Below are positions 7,977 through 17,591 of a stretch of DNA of 64,000 nucleotides, piece by piece. The stretch lies in assembly GCA_050247355.1 (NCBI GenBank), contig JBFWUK010000008.1, positions 114,358-178,357 on the forward strand. The letters are read 5' to 3'. Within the stretch, counting starts at the first letter, position 1, and the number at the start of each line of letters is the position of its first letter. Origin of the DNA: Vicinamibacterales bacterium. GTDB lineage: Bacteria; Acidobacteriota; Vicinamibacteria; Vicinamibacterales; UBA2999. Made by a program: the position numbers and the translations under genes. Under the pieces are notes generated by a model. The model had not been told where the DNA came from, did no database searches, and saw nothing but the letters and a program-made list of their open reading frames with translations.

Positions 7977-9761
7977 CTACTGATTAATCTTTACGACGAC
8001 GACCGTCCGGTCGTCTGACTGCTCGGCGTCGCCGCAGAAGTGCTGCACGGCGCCGAAGATCTCCGCGACTATCTCTTTCGCCGGCCGCGCGTGCGTGCGC
8101 TCGATTACCTCGAGCAGGCGCGGCGAGCCGAATTCACGGCCGGCCTCGTCGAACGCCTCGGAGATGCCGTCGGAAAAGAACACGAACACGTCGCCCGGCG
8201 CCAGCGGTGCCTGGACCTCGTCGTAACTGGAGCTGCCGAATGAGCCGAGCGGCACGCCCGGCATGTCGATCTGGGTCGCCCGGCCGCCGCTGCAGCGCAC
8301 CGGGTACGGCAGCCCGGAATTGGCGAACGTCACGATCTGCTTCTTGAACTCGAACATCGCGTAACACAAGGTGCAGTAGTACTCCTCGAGGTTGCGCTCG
8401 TGGAGAATGCGGTTCATGCCCGCCAGCACGCTGGCCGGGGTGCTGCGTTCCTTCTCGAGCCGGCGGCGGAAGGTGCGGCCGCGCACCATCTCGCCGATCG
8501 CGGCGCCGTACAGGGCCGCGGGCACGCCCTTGCCCGACACGTCGCCGACCGCCACCACCAGCGTATTGGGTTCTGGCGCCAGGAAGTCGCACAGGTCGCC
8601 GCCCAGCTCGCGCGCCGGGTCGAAGTGCCATGCCACGTCGACGCCGCGCAGGCGCTTGGGCAGCTCCTGGGGCAGCAGCGCCATTTGCACGCGCTTGGCG
8701 AAGCGCAGTTCCTTCTCGAACCGTGCCTCGTTGGCGCGCACCGAGTCGTAGAGGCGCGCGTTCTCGAGCGCGACCGCCGCTTCCGACGCCAGCAGCGTGA
8801 GCAGCTTGACGTGCTTCTTGTTGAAGGCGTCGCGCTCGGGGCTTTCCAGGTCGAACACGCCGATGCAGCGGTCCTTGAGCATCAGCGGGATGACCAGTTC
8901 CGAGCGCACGCCCGGCACCGCCTGGATGTAACGCGGATCCTTGAGCACGTCGGGAACCAGCACCACTTCCTTGTGCAGCGCGGCGTAGCCGACCAGGCCT
9001 TCGCCGAGCTTGACCGGCTCCATGGCCGCCGGGTCGTCGCCGTACTTGATGGCCACCTTCATCTCGAGCATGCCGCTGTCGTCGTCCAGCAGCAGGATGC
9101 CGAAGATGCGGTAATCGATGACCCGCTTGATGAGATGCGCCAGCCGGGTCAGCAGCTCGTCGGGGTCGAGAATGGCGGTCATCTCGCGGCCGATCTCGGC
9201 CAGCGTCTCGAGGGTCTCGGCGTACTCGCGCTCCGACTCGAACAGCCTCGCCGTAGCGATGCCCTGCGCCACGTGAGCGCCGAACTGCCGCAGGATCCAC
9301 TCGTCGCGCTCGGTGAACGCGCCGGTCTGATCGCTCAGCAGGTTGAGCGCGCCAATCACCTTGCCCTTGTTGCGCAGCGGCACCGCCAGTTGCGATTTGG
9401 CCCCGGGCACGACGGCCAGGTAGCGGGAATCGGAATCGACGTCGTTCAGCAGGATCGGCCGCTGCTCGGCGACGGCGGTGCCGACAATGCCCTGGCCGAC
9501 CTGGAGCGTGAAATGGCGGACGATCTCGTCGGGATAGCCCATCGCGTAGGCAATGCTGAGCTCCTCGCGCTGCTCGTCGAGGAGATAGACCGAGAAGACC
9601 GTGAACTTGGTGAGCCGGGAGATGAGTTGGGGAATGCGCTCGAGAAGCTCGTCGAGGTCGAGCACCGAGCTGACCTCGCGTCCCAGCTCCGCGAGAATCG
9701 CCAGCATCTCGGCGTCGGAAGTGGAACTGCTGGCGGCGCCCAGCGGCGCGGATTCAGTCAT
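7977..9761 (-). CDS. GAF-GAF-PP2C (SpoIIE/RsbU-type) serine phosphatase
   Basis: 594 aa. Two GAF-like blocks, then a PP2C/SpoIIE region (GGDLCDF...VAVGDVSGKGVPAAL...FFSDGISEA...DDRTVVVVK). Confidence 0.85.
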   Translation of the reverse strand: MTESAPLGAASSSTSDAEMLAILAELGREVSSVLDLDELLERIPQLISRLTKFTVFSVYLLDEQREELSIAYAMGYPDEIVRHFTLQVGQGIVGTAVAEQRPILLNDVDSDSRYLAVVPGAKSQLAVPLRNKGKVIGALNLLSDQTGAFTERDEWILRQFGAHVAQGIATARLFESEREYAETLETLAEIGREMTAILDPDELLTRLAHLIKRVIDYRIFGILLLDDDSGMLEMKVAIKYGDDPAAMEPVKLGEGLVGYAALHKEVVLVPDVLKDPRYIQAVPGVRSELVIPLMLKDRCIGVFDLESPERDAFNKKHVKLLTLLASEAAVALENARLYDSVRANEARFEKELRFAKRVQMALLPQELPKRLRGVDVAWHFDPARELGGDLCDFLAPEPNTLVVAVGDVSGKGVPAALYGAAIGEMVRGRTFRRRLEKERSTPASVLAGMNRILHERNLEEYYCTLCYAMFEFKKQIVTFANSGLPYPVRCSGGRATQIDMPGVPLGSFGSSSYDEVQAPLAPGDVFVFFSDGISEAFDEAGREFGSPRLLEVIERTHARPAKEIVAEIFGAVQHFCGDAEQSDDRTVVVVKINQ

Positions 9762-9776
9762 TGTGTGGTTACTATT

Positions 9777-9828
9777 TCAACACGAAGGCCACGAAGGACA
9801 CGAAGGCTTTCGTGGTCTTCGTGTTGAA
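9777..9828. repeat. Hairpin made of CACGAAGG 9-mers
   Basis: ttcaacacgaaggccacgaagg-acacgaagg-ctttcgtggtcttcgtgttgaa. About 22-bp stem with 2 mismatches. Lies between the peptidase stop (9834) and the phosphatase start (9761). Confidence 0.8.
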
Positions 9829-9833
9829 CAACG

Positions 9834-11966
9834 TCATTGGGCCGAGGTTTTCGTGGCTGCGTCGCCGAGGGTGTACTTCGTCACCCAGTCGTAGATCCGC
9901 TGCATGCGGTCCTTCTGATGATAGTACTCGCTAATGCCGTGGCCTTCGCGCGGGTAAAACACCAGTTCGGTGGGCTTGCCGCGGTCCTTCAGTCCGCGAA
10001 ACAGTTCCTGCGCCTGCCCGACCGGCACCCGCTCGTCGTTGGCGCCGTGCAGGATCAGGGTGGGCGTGGTGACCTTGTCGATGTGTGACATCGCCGATCG
10101 CTCGAGGTACAGCGGCAGCGTCTTCGCGTTTGGAATGCCGCCGAAGTAGCTGATCAGCACGCTGGGAATGTCGTTGGTCCCGTACATGCTCCACATGTTG
10201 GTCAGGCCGGCGCCGACCATGGCCGCCTTGAAGCGGCTGGTCTGCGTGATCACCCACGCCGTCATGTAGCCGCCGTAGCTCCAGCCGATGTGCGCCAGCT
10301 TGTCGGGGTCGGCAATGCCGCGGGCAACCAGCGCGTCCACCCCGGTGATGATGTCCCGGTAGTCGCCGCCACCCCAGTCGTTGAGGTTGTGCTGCAGGAA
10401 CTTCTCGCCGTAGTTCGTGCTGCCGCGGGGGTTGGGGTAAAACACCGCCCAGCCCTTGTTGGCCCACACCTGGCCGCCTTCGAGGCCGCCCAGGCGGAAG
10501 CCGTTGACGTACGCCCCCGCCGGACCGCCGTGCGCCACGACCAGCGTCGGGTACTTGGTGCCGGCCGCGAAGCCCACCGGCTTGAGCAGGACCCCCTCCA
10601 CTTCCACCCCGTCGGCCCCCTTCCAGGTGACGACCTCGGTGTCGCCCTGCGACAACCCGGCAAGCTGGGGGTTGGTGGTGGTCAACTGGCGGAAGGTCTG
10701 GTACGCCGGATCGGTGACGTAAACCTCCGAGGCGGAGTTCGGCGTGTCCATGGTCAGCGCGATGGTCCGGCCATCCCTGCTGATCGATGTGCCCTGCAGC
10801 GTCTTGCGGGTGCTCAACTGCGTGTAGCGGCCGGTGGTGAGGTCGTAGGCAAACGCCTCGTTATAGGCGCGCTTGCCGGCGACGAACACCACGCGGTTGC
10901 CTTCCGCCGTCCACACCGGGTTGCCGGCGTCGGTGTCGAAGTCCGGCGACGACACATCCTTGGCAGACTTGGCGGCGACGTCGTACAGCATCAGCTTCGA
11001 GTGCATGGTGACGCCGGGCGCGGTGCCGTCTGGCAGCGGCGGCCCGGAATAGGGTTCGGCGGTCCACACGATCGACTTGCCGTCGGGCGACCAGCGCGGC
11101 GAGGTGTCGCTGCCGAAGTTGGTGCTGATCTTCTCGACCCGCTTCGACGCCACGTCGGCCAGGTAAATGTCGCGGCGGTTGTCGCGCAGCATCGGCGTGG
11201 CGCCGGCGCCGAACACGAACCGCTGGCTGTCGGGTGCCCACGACGGCGCGCCGGCCACGGTGTAGTCCTTGCCCTCGGTAATCCTCGTCGCCGCATCGGC
11301 AACGAAATGCGGCCCTACTGGCACGATCCAGATGTGCGCGTGGCGGAAGTCGCCTTCGAACACCCGCTCGTCATCGCGCTTCCTGATGGCGGCTTCTTCG
11401 TCGGCGCTGCGGGCGTCGGTGGCGACAAATGCGATGCGCGAAGCGTCGGGCGCCCACGAGTAGCTGGAGACGTTCTCCTTGCTGTCGGTCAGCCGCCAGG
11501 CTTCGCCGCCGTCCGCGCGCATGACGTAAATCTGCGCCTTGACCTCGTCGCCGGCACCACGGGCCGAGACGAAGCTGATGTGGCGGCCGTCGGGCGACCA
11601 CTGGGGCTGGCTGTCGCCTTTCGCGCCGAAGGTAATCTGGCGAGCCGGGCTGGAGCCATTGGTGGCCACCTGCCAGATGTGGGTGCGCGCCTCCATGCGG
11701 CCCGCCCCGAGCGACGCTTGCGCGCCCGCAAGCGGAGTCGAAGGGTCGCGCTCGGGCACCCACTGCCGCACGGTGTAGAGCACCTGGCTGCCGTCGGGCG
11801 AAATGGTGGCGCCGGCCACGGCTTTCACGGCGAGCACGTCATCGAAGGTGACCGGCCGCTTGTTCTGGGCTGACGCCGATGAGGTGAGCGCCAGGGCGAG
11901 GACGACAAACCTGAAGGTGTGTCGCCACGCGGCGGTGTGTCGCCCGCGGGTGGGGGTGGTGTGCAT
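9834..11966 (-). CDS. S9 family serine peptidase with N-terminal beta-propeller
   Basis: Catalytic Ser motif GWSYGGY. TolB/WD-like repeats (SPDG...FV) in the N-terminal half. Start moved to ATG 11966 (MHTTPTRG... then signal-like FRFVVLALALTSSASA), because the longer ORF would overlap fabZ. Confidence 0.85.
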   Translation of the reverse strand: MHTTPTRGRHTAAWRHTFRFVVLALALTSSASAQNKRPVTFDDVLAVKAVAGATISPDGSQVLYTVRQWVPERDPSTPLAGAQASLGAGRMEARTHIWQVATNGSSPARQITFGAKGDSQPQWSPDGRHISFVSARGAGDEVKAQIYVMRADGGEAWRLTDSKENVSSYSWAPDASRIAFVATDARSADEEAAIRKRDDERVFEGDFRHAHIWIVPVGPHFVADAATRITEGKDYTVAGAPSWAPDSQRFVFGAGATPMLRDNRRDIYLADVASKRVEKISTNFGSDTSPRWSPDGKSIVWTAEPYSGPPLPDGTAPGVTMHSKLMLYDVAAKSAKDVSSPDFDTDAGNPVWTAEGNRVVFVAGKRAYNEAFAYDLTTGRYTQLSTRKTLQGTSISRDGRTIALTMDTPNSASEVYVTDPAYQTFRQLTTTNPQLAGLSQGDTEVVTWKGADGVEVEGVLLKPVGFAAGTKYPTLVVAHGGPAGAYVNGFRLGGLEGGQVWANKGWAVFYPNPRGSTNYGEKFLQHNLNDWGGGDYRDIITGVDALVARGIADPDKLAHIGWSYGGYMTAWVITQTSRFKAAMVGAGLTNMWSMYGTNDIPSVLISYFGGIPNAKTLPLYLERSAMSHIDKVTTPTLILHGANDERVPVGQAQELFRGLKDRGKPTELVFYPREGHGISEYYHQKDRMQRIYDWVTKYTLGDAATKTSAQ

Positions 11967-12003
11967 CAAGTCCTCCAAGGGGCGAAGTATAATTCCGATC
12001 TTC

Positions 12004-12450
12004 ATGGACATTGCACTGCCGCTGGACATCACGGCGATCGAGCGGATTCTGCCCCATCGCTCGCCGTTCCTGCTCGTCGACCGCATCACCGAACTCGAGC
12101 CGGATCAGCGGATCGTGGGCATCAAGAACGTCTCGACGAACGAGCCCTACCTCAGCCGGCCCGGCCCCGGCGGACGGCCAACGCTGCCGCCGACCATCCT
12201 GACCGAGTGCGTGGCCCAGGTCGGCGCCATCCTGATCCTGGCGAAGCCCGAGAACAAGGGCATGCTGATCTTCTTTCGCGGCATGGAGCGGGTCCGCTTC
12301 CGCGCCCCGGTGCACGTCGGCGACCAGGTGATCATCGAGGCGCGCGTCAAGCGCCTCAAGAGCCGTATGGGCGTACTCGAAGGCCGGGCACGCGTCGGCA
12401 AGAAAGTGGTCATCCACGGCACCATGACCTTCGCGCTCGGTTCGGAATGA
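12004..12450 (+). CDS. fabZ: 3-hydroxyacyl-ACP dehydratase
   Basis: MDIALPLDITAIERILPHRSPFLLVDRI...: the canonical FabZ N-terminus with catalytic His. 148 aa from the internal ATG of ORF 11803..12450. Confidence 0.9.
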   Translation: MDIALPLDITAIERILPHRSPFLLVDRITELEPDQRIVGIKNVSTNEPYLSRPGPGGRPTLPPTILTECVAQVGAILILAKPENKGMLIFFRGMERVRFRAPVHVGDQVIIEARVKRLKSRMGVLEGRARVGKKVVIHGTMTFALGSE

Positions 12451-13415
12451 CGCGGCTCCCCCGCATCGCGGCGCTGACCACCGACGACGCTGGCTGGGGG
12501 TTCTTCCTCTGCACCTACAAGGAGGTGCGGGCCGGGCGCAGCGGCAGCGAGTTCGTGATCCTCAACCTGCAGGATGCCTCGGGGCAGACCACCGGCAAGA
12601 TTCTGCAGGACGTCGAGCGCTTCAAGGACGAGTTCGAAGCCGGCGAGTTCGTGCGCGTCGAAGGACGCGGCAGCCTCTACAACGGGCAGGTGCAACTCGT
12701 GCTCAGCACCATCCGCCGGGTCAATCCCGACCAGGATCGCCTGCAGGGCTTCCGCGAGGACGAGTGCATCCTGAGCGCGCCGCGACCGATCGACGAGATG
12801 TGGTCGGAGCTGCAGGAACGCCTGCGCGACGTGAAGAACGACCACCTGCGCGTGCTGCTCAACCGGGTGGTCTCCGATCACTCCGAGCAGCTCAAGACCT
12901 GGCCGGCGGCGCAGACCATTCACCACGCCTATCGCGGCGGCTTTCTCGAGCACATCACCAAGATGGCCGAGGTCGGCGCCCTGCTGTCGCGCGCGTACGG
13001 CGCGAACGACGACCTGGTGCTGACCGGCGTCGTGTTGCACGACATCGGCAAGCTGCAGGAACTGTCGTACGACGGCGGCACCGGCAGCTATACCCGCGAC
13101 GGCAACCTGGTGGGGCACATCGCGCTGGGCCTGATGCTGGTACGCGAGGCCATCAACGGCATTTCCGGATTTCCGCTCGAGCTGCGCGCGCAGGTCGAGC
13201 ACCTCATTGCCTCGCACCACGGCACGCGCGAGTGGGGCTCGCCGGTGGAACCCAAGACGGTCGAAGCGTTCATCCTGGCGTCGGTGGACGAGCTCGACGC
13301 CAAGCTCAATCAGGTCCGCCGCGCGATTGCCGACGACCCGTCGGGCGACGAATTCACCGCCTGGCAGAAGAGGCTGGGTCGGGTGTTGTACAAGGGGTCT
13401 GACCCCGAGCGGTGA
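12447..13415 (+). CDS. OB-fold + HD-domain nuclease (YhaM-like 3'-5' exoribonuclease family)
   Basis: 322 aa from ATG 12447 (ATGA overlap with the fabZ stop). N-terminal OB-like block (FVILNLQDASGQ...VRVEGRG). HD motifs HHAYRGGFLEH, VLHDIGK, ASHHG. Confidence 0.7.
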   Translation: MTRLPRIAALTTDDAGWGFFLCTYKEVRAGRSGSEFVILNLQDASGQTTGKILQDVERFKDEFEAGEFVRVEGRGSLYNGQVQLVLSTIRRVNPDQDRLQGFREDECILSAPRPIDEMWSELQERLRDVKNDHLRVLLNRVVSDHSEQLKTWPAAQTIHHAYRGGFLEHITKMAEVGALLSRAYGANDDLVLTGVVLHDIGKLQELSYDGGTGSYTRDGNLVGHIALGLMLVREAINGISGFPLELRAQVEHLIASHHGTREWGSPVEPKTVEAFILASVDELDAKLNQVRRAIADDPSGDEFTAWQKRLGRVLYKGSDPER

Positions 13416-13490
13416 GTTCCGAGGGGTCTGACCCCCCGTAGCCGCGATGGGGTCAGACCCCTCGACGATGCTTGCTCGGCGTCAGACCCC
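13394..13490. repeat. Cluster of four GGGGTC(A/T)GACCCC palindromes
   Basis: Copies at 13394-13406 (inside the CDS end), 13422-13434, 13449-13461, and a partial copy at 13481-13490. The same motif with the identical tail GGGTCAGACCCCTCGAC occurs at 28424-28440. Confidence 0.85.
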
Positions 13491-14360
13491 TTACTTCCGC
13501 CCCACGATCCACGTCCCCGTCAGCACCAGTCCCGCCGCGAGCAGGGTTCGTGGTGAGAGCGGCTCCCCCAACAACACCGTCCCTAGCGCGACTGCGATCA
13601 TCGGATTGATGTAGGCGTAGAGCGACACCAGCGACAGCCGCAGGTGCTGGATCGCGTAGATGTATGCCGAGTACGCCACCAGCGATCCCGCGATTGCCAG
13701 GTATGCCATCGCCGCCATCGTGCGCGGCGTGAACGACAGCGCGGCCCAGTCGCCGTGCACGGTGGCCGCCGAGAGCAGCATGATGCCGCTGAAGACCATT
13801 TGCAGCGCCGTCGAGGGGAACGGATCGTTGCCGAGCTCATGCCGCTTGGCGTACGAGGTGCCGATCACCCAGCCGACACACGCCAGCTGGATGGCCACCA
13901 CGCCGCCGACGAAGGCGCGACCGCTGGCTCCTCCCTGCGACATCTCCGGCCACACCAGGATGACGATACCCGAGAAGCCGATGGTGAGGCCAATCAAGGC
14001 GCGCGCCGTGAAACGATCGCCGTTCGGCAGCAACCGCTCCAACAGCGCCTGCCAGAAGGGGGTGGTCGCAATCAGCACGGCCGTGAGCCCGCTCGCTACA
14101 TACTGCTGCGCGAACACCACGAAGCCATTGCCGACGATGTTCATCAGGAAGCCCAGCAGCACGAGCGGCCCCCACAGCCGGATCGGCGGCAGGCGGCGAC
14201 CCATCGCGAGCAGGATGCCGCAGAGCAGGACCCCGGCCGACATCCACCGCAGGCCGGCCACGAGCAGCACCGGCACGGATTCGAGCGCCACGCGAATGGC
14301 GAGGTAGGTCGTGCCCCAGATGATGCAGACCGCGACGAAGGCGAGATGCGCCAGGCTCAC
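13491..14360 (-). CDS. EamA/DMT family transporter
   Basis: 289 aa, about 10 TM segments, two-fold EamA-like internal repeat. 4-nt overlap with the upstream Lrp gene. Confidence 0.8.
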   Translation of the reverse strand: MSLAHLAFVAVCIIWGTTYLAIRVALESVPVLLVAGLRWMSAGVLLCGILLAMGRRLPPIRLWGPLVLLGFLMNIVGNGFVVFAQQYVASGLTAVLIATTPFWQALLERLLPNGDRFTARALIGLTIGFSGIVILVWPEMSQGGASGRAFVGGVVAIQLACVGWVIGTSYAKRHELGNDPFPSTALQMVFSGIMLLSAATVHGDWAALSFTPRTMAAMAYLAIAGSLVAYSAYIYAIQHLRLSLVSLYAYINPMIAVALGTVLLGEPLSPRTLLAAGLVLTGTWIVGRK

Positions 14361-14884
14361 GCCCCACCCTCGCCACGGCGGCGGCTGGCGGAACGGGCCA
14401 GTGTTTTTTCCGGCGGAATGGCAATGCGCGGGTCTTCCTTCACCGTCTCCAGAACGATCGTCGTCCTGGTCGAGGTGACACTCTGGGCCGAGGCAATCTG
14501 CTGCCGCAGAATCTGCCCCAGGTGCTCGGCATCGCGCGCGCGCACTTTCAGGAGATAGCAGTCGTCACCGGCCACGTGGTGCACCTCGAGCACTTCGGGA
14601 ATCTTGCTGAGCTCGACCGCCGACGGCATGTCGGGGCCGTGCTCCGAGGTCCGAACACTCACGAAGGCCAGCAGCCCGCGATCGACCACATGGGGGTCGA
14701 TTAGCGCGACGTAATCCTTGATAATGCCCTTCGCCTCGAGCTTCTTGAGCCGCTCGGTCACCGCCGAGGGCGCCAGGCCGACGGCCTTGGCCAGTTCGGA
14801 TTGAGATGTTCTGGCGTTGTACTGAAGAATATCCAGTATTGAGCCGTCAATTCCGTCGATCATTCTGAAATAGTAGCCATTCAA
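14357..14884 (-). CDS. Lrp/AsnC family transcriptional regulator
   Basis: HTH ILDILQYNARTSQSELAKAVGLAPSAVTERLKKLE plus an AsnC-type ligand domain. Alternative start at ATG 14863 (MIDGIDG...). Confidence 0.85.
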   Translation of the reverse strand: MNGYYFRMIDGIDGSILDILQYNARTSQSELAKAVGLAPSAVTERLKKLEAKGIIKDYVALIDPHVVDRGLLAFVSVRTSEHGPDMPSAVELSKIPEVLEVHHVAGDDCYLLKVRARDAEHLGQILRQQIASAQSVTSTRTTIVLETVKEDPRIAIPPEKTLARSASRRRGEGGA

Positions 14885-14901
14885 TTGGATTTGTTCAATG
14901 T

Positions 14902-16134
14902 ATGACCTTCTGGACTGAGGCGTCTCCGGCGGCCAGAAAGGCCTTGGTGGCCGCTTCTCTGGGCTGGCTGCTCGATGCGTTCGACGTGATGCTGTACGCC
15001 CTGATCCTCACCGCCGTGGTGAAGGATCTTGGGCTGACGCTCGCGACCGGCGGTCAACTGGCGTCGCTGACCCTCGCGGCCTCGGCCCTTGGCGGGCTGT
15101 TGTTCGGCGTGATTGCCGATAAGCTGGGCCGCACGCGCGCCCTGTCGCTCAGCATCCTGTTGTATTCCGTGTTCACGTTTGCCTGCGGCCTGGCGCAAAA
15201 CGTGTGGCAGCTGGCGATCTTCCGCTTCCTGCTGGGACTCGGCATGGGCGGCGAGTGGGCGAGCGGTGCCACGCTGGTGAGCGAGACGTGGCCCGAGAAG
15301 CACCGCGGCAAAGCGCTGGGCATCATGCAAAGCTGCTGGGCGATTGGCTACGGCGCCGCCGCCCTGGTCGTCGGCCTGGTGCTGCCCACCTACGGCTGGC
15401 GCGCGGTCTTCTTCGTCGGCATCGTGCCCGCTCTCTTCACGTTGTGGATCCGCCGCAACCTCGAAGAGCCCGAAATGTGGCGTCGGTCCCGTCAAGAAGC
15501 GTCGCCGCGTCAGGATGTGCCGCCCCGTCAGGCGCCGCCGTCCCGGCTGGGAGCACCCCTGCACTTGATCGTGCTCCTCACCCTGATGAACGCCGCGACC
15601 ATGTTCGCCTGGTGGGGACTCAACCTCTGGGTGCCGTCGTACCTGTCGTTGCCCGTCGAGCAAGGCGGCATTGGTCTCTCCACCACGACCATGTCGATGT
15701 TCATCATCGCCATGCAGGTGGGCATGTGGCTCGGCTACGTCACGTTCGGGTTCATCAGCGACACCTTCGGCCGCAAGCCGACCTATGTGACGTATCTGGT
15801 CGTGGCGGCCGCGCTGGTATGGGCGTACGGCTCCACCAGCGAGCCGACCTACTTGCTGGCGCTCGGGCCGTTCGTGGCGTTCTTCGGTACGGGGTACTTC
15901 AGCGGTTTCGGCGCCGTTGCATCAGAGATCTTTCCCACGGCCATCCGCGCAACGGCGCTCGGCGTGACGTACAACAGCGGGCGCCTGTTGAGCGCGGTGG
16001 CGCCCTACGTGATTGGCAGCCTCGCGCAATCGCAGGGCTTTGGCCTGGCGTTCACGATCACGGCGTTCGCGTTCCTGATTGCCGCGATGATGTGGATTGG
16101 GATTCCGGAGACACGTGGACGACAGATGGTGTGA
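14902..16134 (+). CDS. MFS transporter
   Basis: 410 aa, about 12 TM segments. MFS loop motif GVIADKLGRTR. Confidence 0.8.
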   Translation: MTFWTEASPAARKALVAASLGWLLDAFDVMLYALILTAVVKDLGLTLATGGQLASLTLAASALGGLLFGVIADKLGRTRALSLSILLYSVFTFACGLAQNVWQLAIFRFLLGLGMGGEWASGATLVSETWPEKHRGKALGIMQSCWAIGYGAAALVVGLVLPTYGWRAVFFVGIVPALFTLWIRRNLEEPEMWRRSRQEASPRQDVPPRQAPPSRLGAPLHLIVLLTLMNAATMFAWWGLNLWVPSYLSLPVEQGGIGLSTTTMSMFIIAMQVGMWLGYVTFGFISDTFGRKPTYVTYLVVAAALVWAYGSTSEPTYLLALGPFVAFFGTGYFSGFGAVASEIFPTAIRATALGVTYNSGRLLSAVAPYVIGSLAQSQGFGLAFTITAFAFLIAAMMWIGIPETRGRQMV

Positions 16135-16149
16135 ACAAGCCTGGCGCGA

Positions 16150-16191
16150 CGCAGGAAGGCTCCTGCAAAAGAAGAGTGGAGCCTTCCTGCG
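16150..16191. terminator. Perfect 14-bp hairpin between convergent genes
   Basis: cgcaggaaggctcc-(14-nt loop)-ggagccttcctgcg. No U-tract. Confidence 0.45.
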
Positions 16192-16248
16192 CGGCGGCGG
16201 CGACGGGGTCATCCCCCACCGGGCATTCCCGCTCACGATCAGACGCCG

Positions 16249-17478
16249 TTATCCGACGCGATTCTGTCGATTGCTGTCGTCGGCGATCAGCGTCGCGGTC
16301 TCCGCGGCGATGCGGACGCAGTTGCGGCCATCGTCTTTGGCGCGATACAGCGCCTGGTCGGCGCGTGCGATCACCGCTTGCACGTTGACCTCGCCCGGCA
16401 GCGTCTGTGCCAGGCCGAAGCTCGCGGTGATGGCGAGTGCCTCGCCCGCCCACGGCACCGGCCGGTCGGCAATTTCCTTGCGCAGCGTTTCGGCCACGCG
16501 GCGGGCGCCGTGGAGCGGGGTCTCGGGCAACAGCACCAGGAACTCCTCGCCGCCGTAGCGGCACTTCAGGTCCGAGCCGCGCAGTACGTCCTTCATGCGC
16601 TTGCCCACCGCGCTCAGCACGGCATCGCCGCACAAGTGGCCGTGGCGATCGTTCACGTCCTTGAAGTGATCCAGGTCGAACATGATCAGCGACACCGGCG
16701 TCTGGCTGCGCCGCGCGCGGCGCAGTTCGGCGTCGACGACGTCGAGGGCGTGGCCGCGTGTGAAGCAGCCGGTCAGCGCATCGCGCACGCTGTTTTCCTT
16801 GACCTCGCGAAACAGTTGCGCGTTCTTGATCGACACCGCGAGCAGGGCGCCCGCGGCTTCGATGATCCGCCGCTTGTCGGCCGGCAGGCCGCCGGACTCG
16901 GGCCGGACGCCGAGCACGCCCATGGCGGTGCCGCCGACCACCAGCGGGAAGCCGACGGCGCGCGGCTGGTTCAGGTGATTGGGCGTCTTGTCGGCGTGCG
17001 AGGCCAGCAGTTGCTCGGCGATGTCGCCCCACTGCAGCACTTCTTCCGCGCCGCGCGTATCGCCCGACAAGGCCTGCCATTCCGTACCCTCGCGCACCAG
17101 CACCCACACGTCGTCGGTACCGGCGAGGGCCGGCAGGTGCTGGCCGATGGCGACGCGAATGGACTCGAAGTCGAGCGCGCGGCCCAGCGCCTGGCCGAAG
17201 CCGACGAGCCGCTCGAGTTCCTCGGCGCGATGCTGCGCCGCCCGGGTGGCGGTCTGGGCGGCGGCGGTCTTGGCGTGCTCCTGCGAGTTGCGCCGGTACT
17301 GGTGGAAGACGAATGCGACGGTCAGCAGCACGAGGGCGGGCATCAGCGTCAGCCCGCTCTGGCGCTCGATCTCGCGCGCGTAGTCGAGCATGCGCGAAAT
17401 GGGCGTCGAGAAGATGACGATCAGCGCCGTTGTCAGGGCGCCGATCAGCAGCAAGTCCTGTTGGCCAAACAGCTTCAT
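16249..17478 (-). CDS. Membrane GAF-GGDEF diguanylate cyclase
   Basis: 409 aa. Two N-terminal TM segments, a GAF-like middle region, and a GGDEF domain with RYGGEEF active site and RxxD-like I-site context. Confidence 0.85.
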   Translation of the reverse strand: MKLFGQQDLLLIGALTTALIVIFSTPISRMLDYAREIERQSGLTLMPALVLLTVAFVFHQYRRNSQEHAKTAAAQTATRAAQHRAEELERLVGFGQALGRALDFESIRVAIGQHLPALAGTDDVWVLVREGTEWQALSGDTRGAEEVLQWGDIAEQLLASHADKTPNHLNQPRAVGFPLVVGGTAMGVLGVRPESGGLPADKRRIIEAAGALLAVSIKNAQLFREVKENSVRDALTGCFTRGHALDVVDAELRRARRSQTPVSLIMFDLDHFKDVNDRHGHLCGDAVLSAVGKRMKDVLRGSDLKCRYGGEEFLVLLPETPLHGARRVAETLRKEIADRPVPWAGEALAITASFGLAQTLPGEVNVQAVIARADQALYRAKDDGRNCVRIAAETATLIADDSNRQNRVG

Positions 17479-17495
17479 CGGAACCGGGTCAGTAT

Positions 17496-17578
17496 GCCAG
17501 ATCCGGGACCCGGTATCCCGAATCGGGACCAGCCCGCCGTGGCGTGCGGATCCCGGATCCCGGGTCGCGGGACCCGGT
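17496..17578. repeat. CCCGG-rich 7-mer repeats (GATCCCG / GACCCGG)
   Basis: gatccgggacccggtatcccgaatcgggacc ... ggatcccggatcccgggtcgcgggacccgg, in the divergent spacer. Confidence 0.6.
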
Positions 17579-17591
17579 GTAGATTATCTGC

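Noticed and set aside
11919-12446. N-terminal 176 codons of the 498-aa ORF 11919..13415, and the N-terminal part of ORF 11803..12450.
   Set aside because: They overlap the peptidase start and fabZ in other frames with Arg/Pro-rich composition. Internal ATGs at 12447 and 12004 give canonical N-termini.
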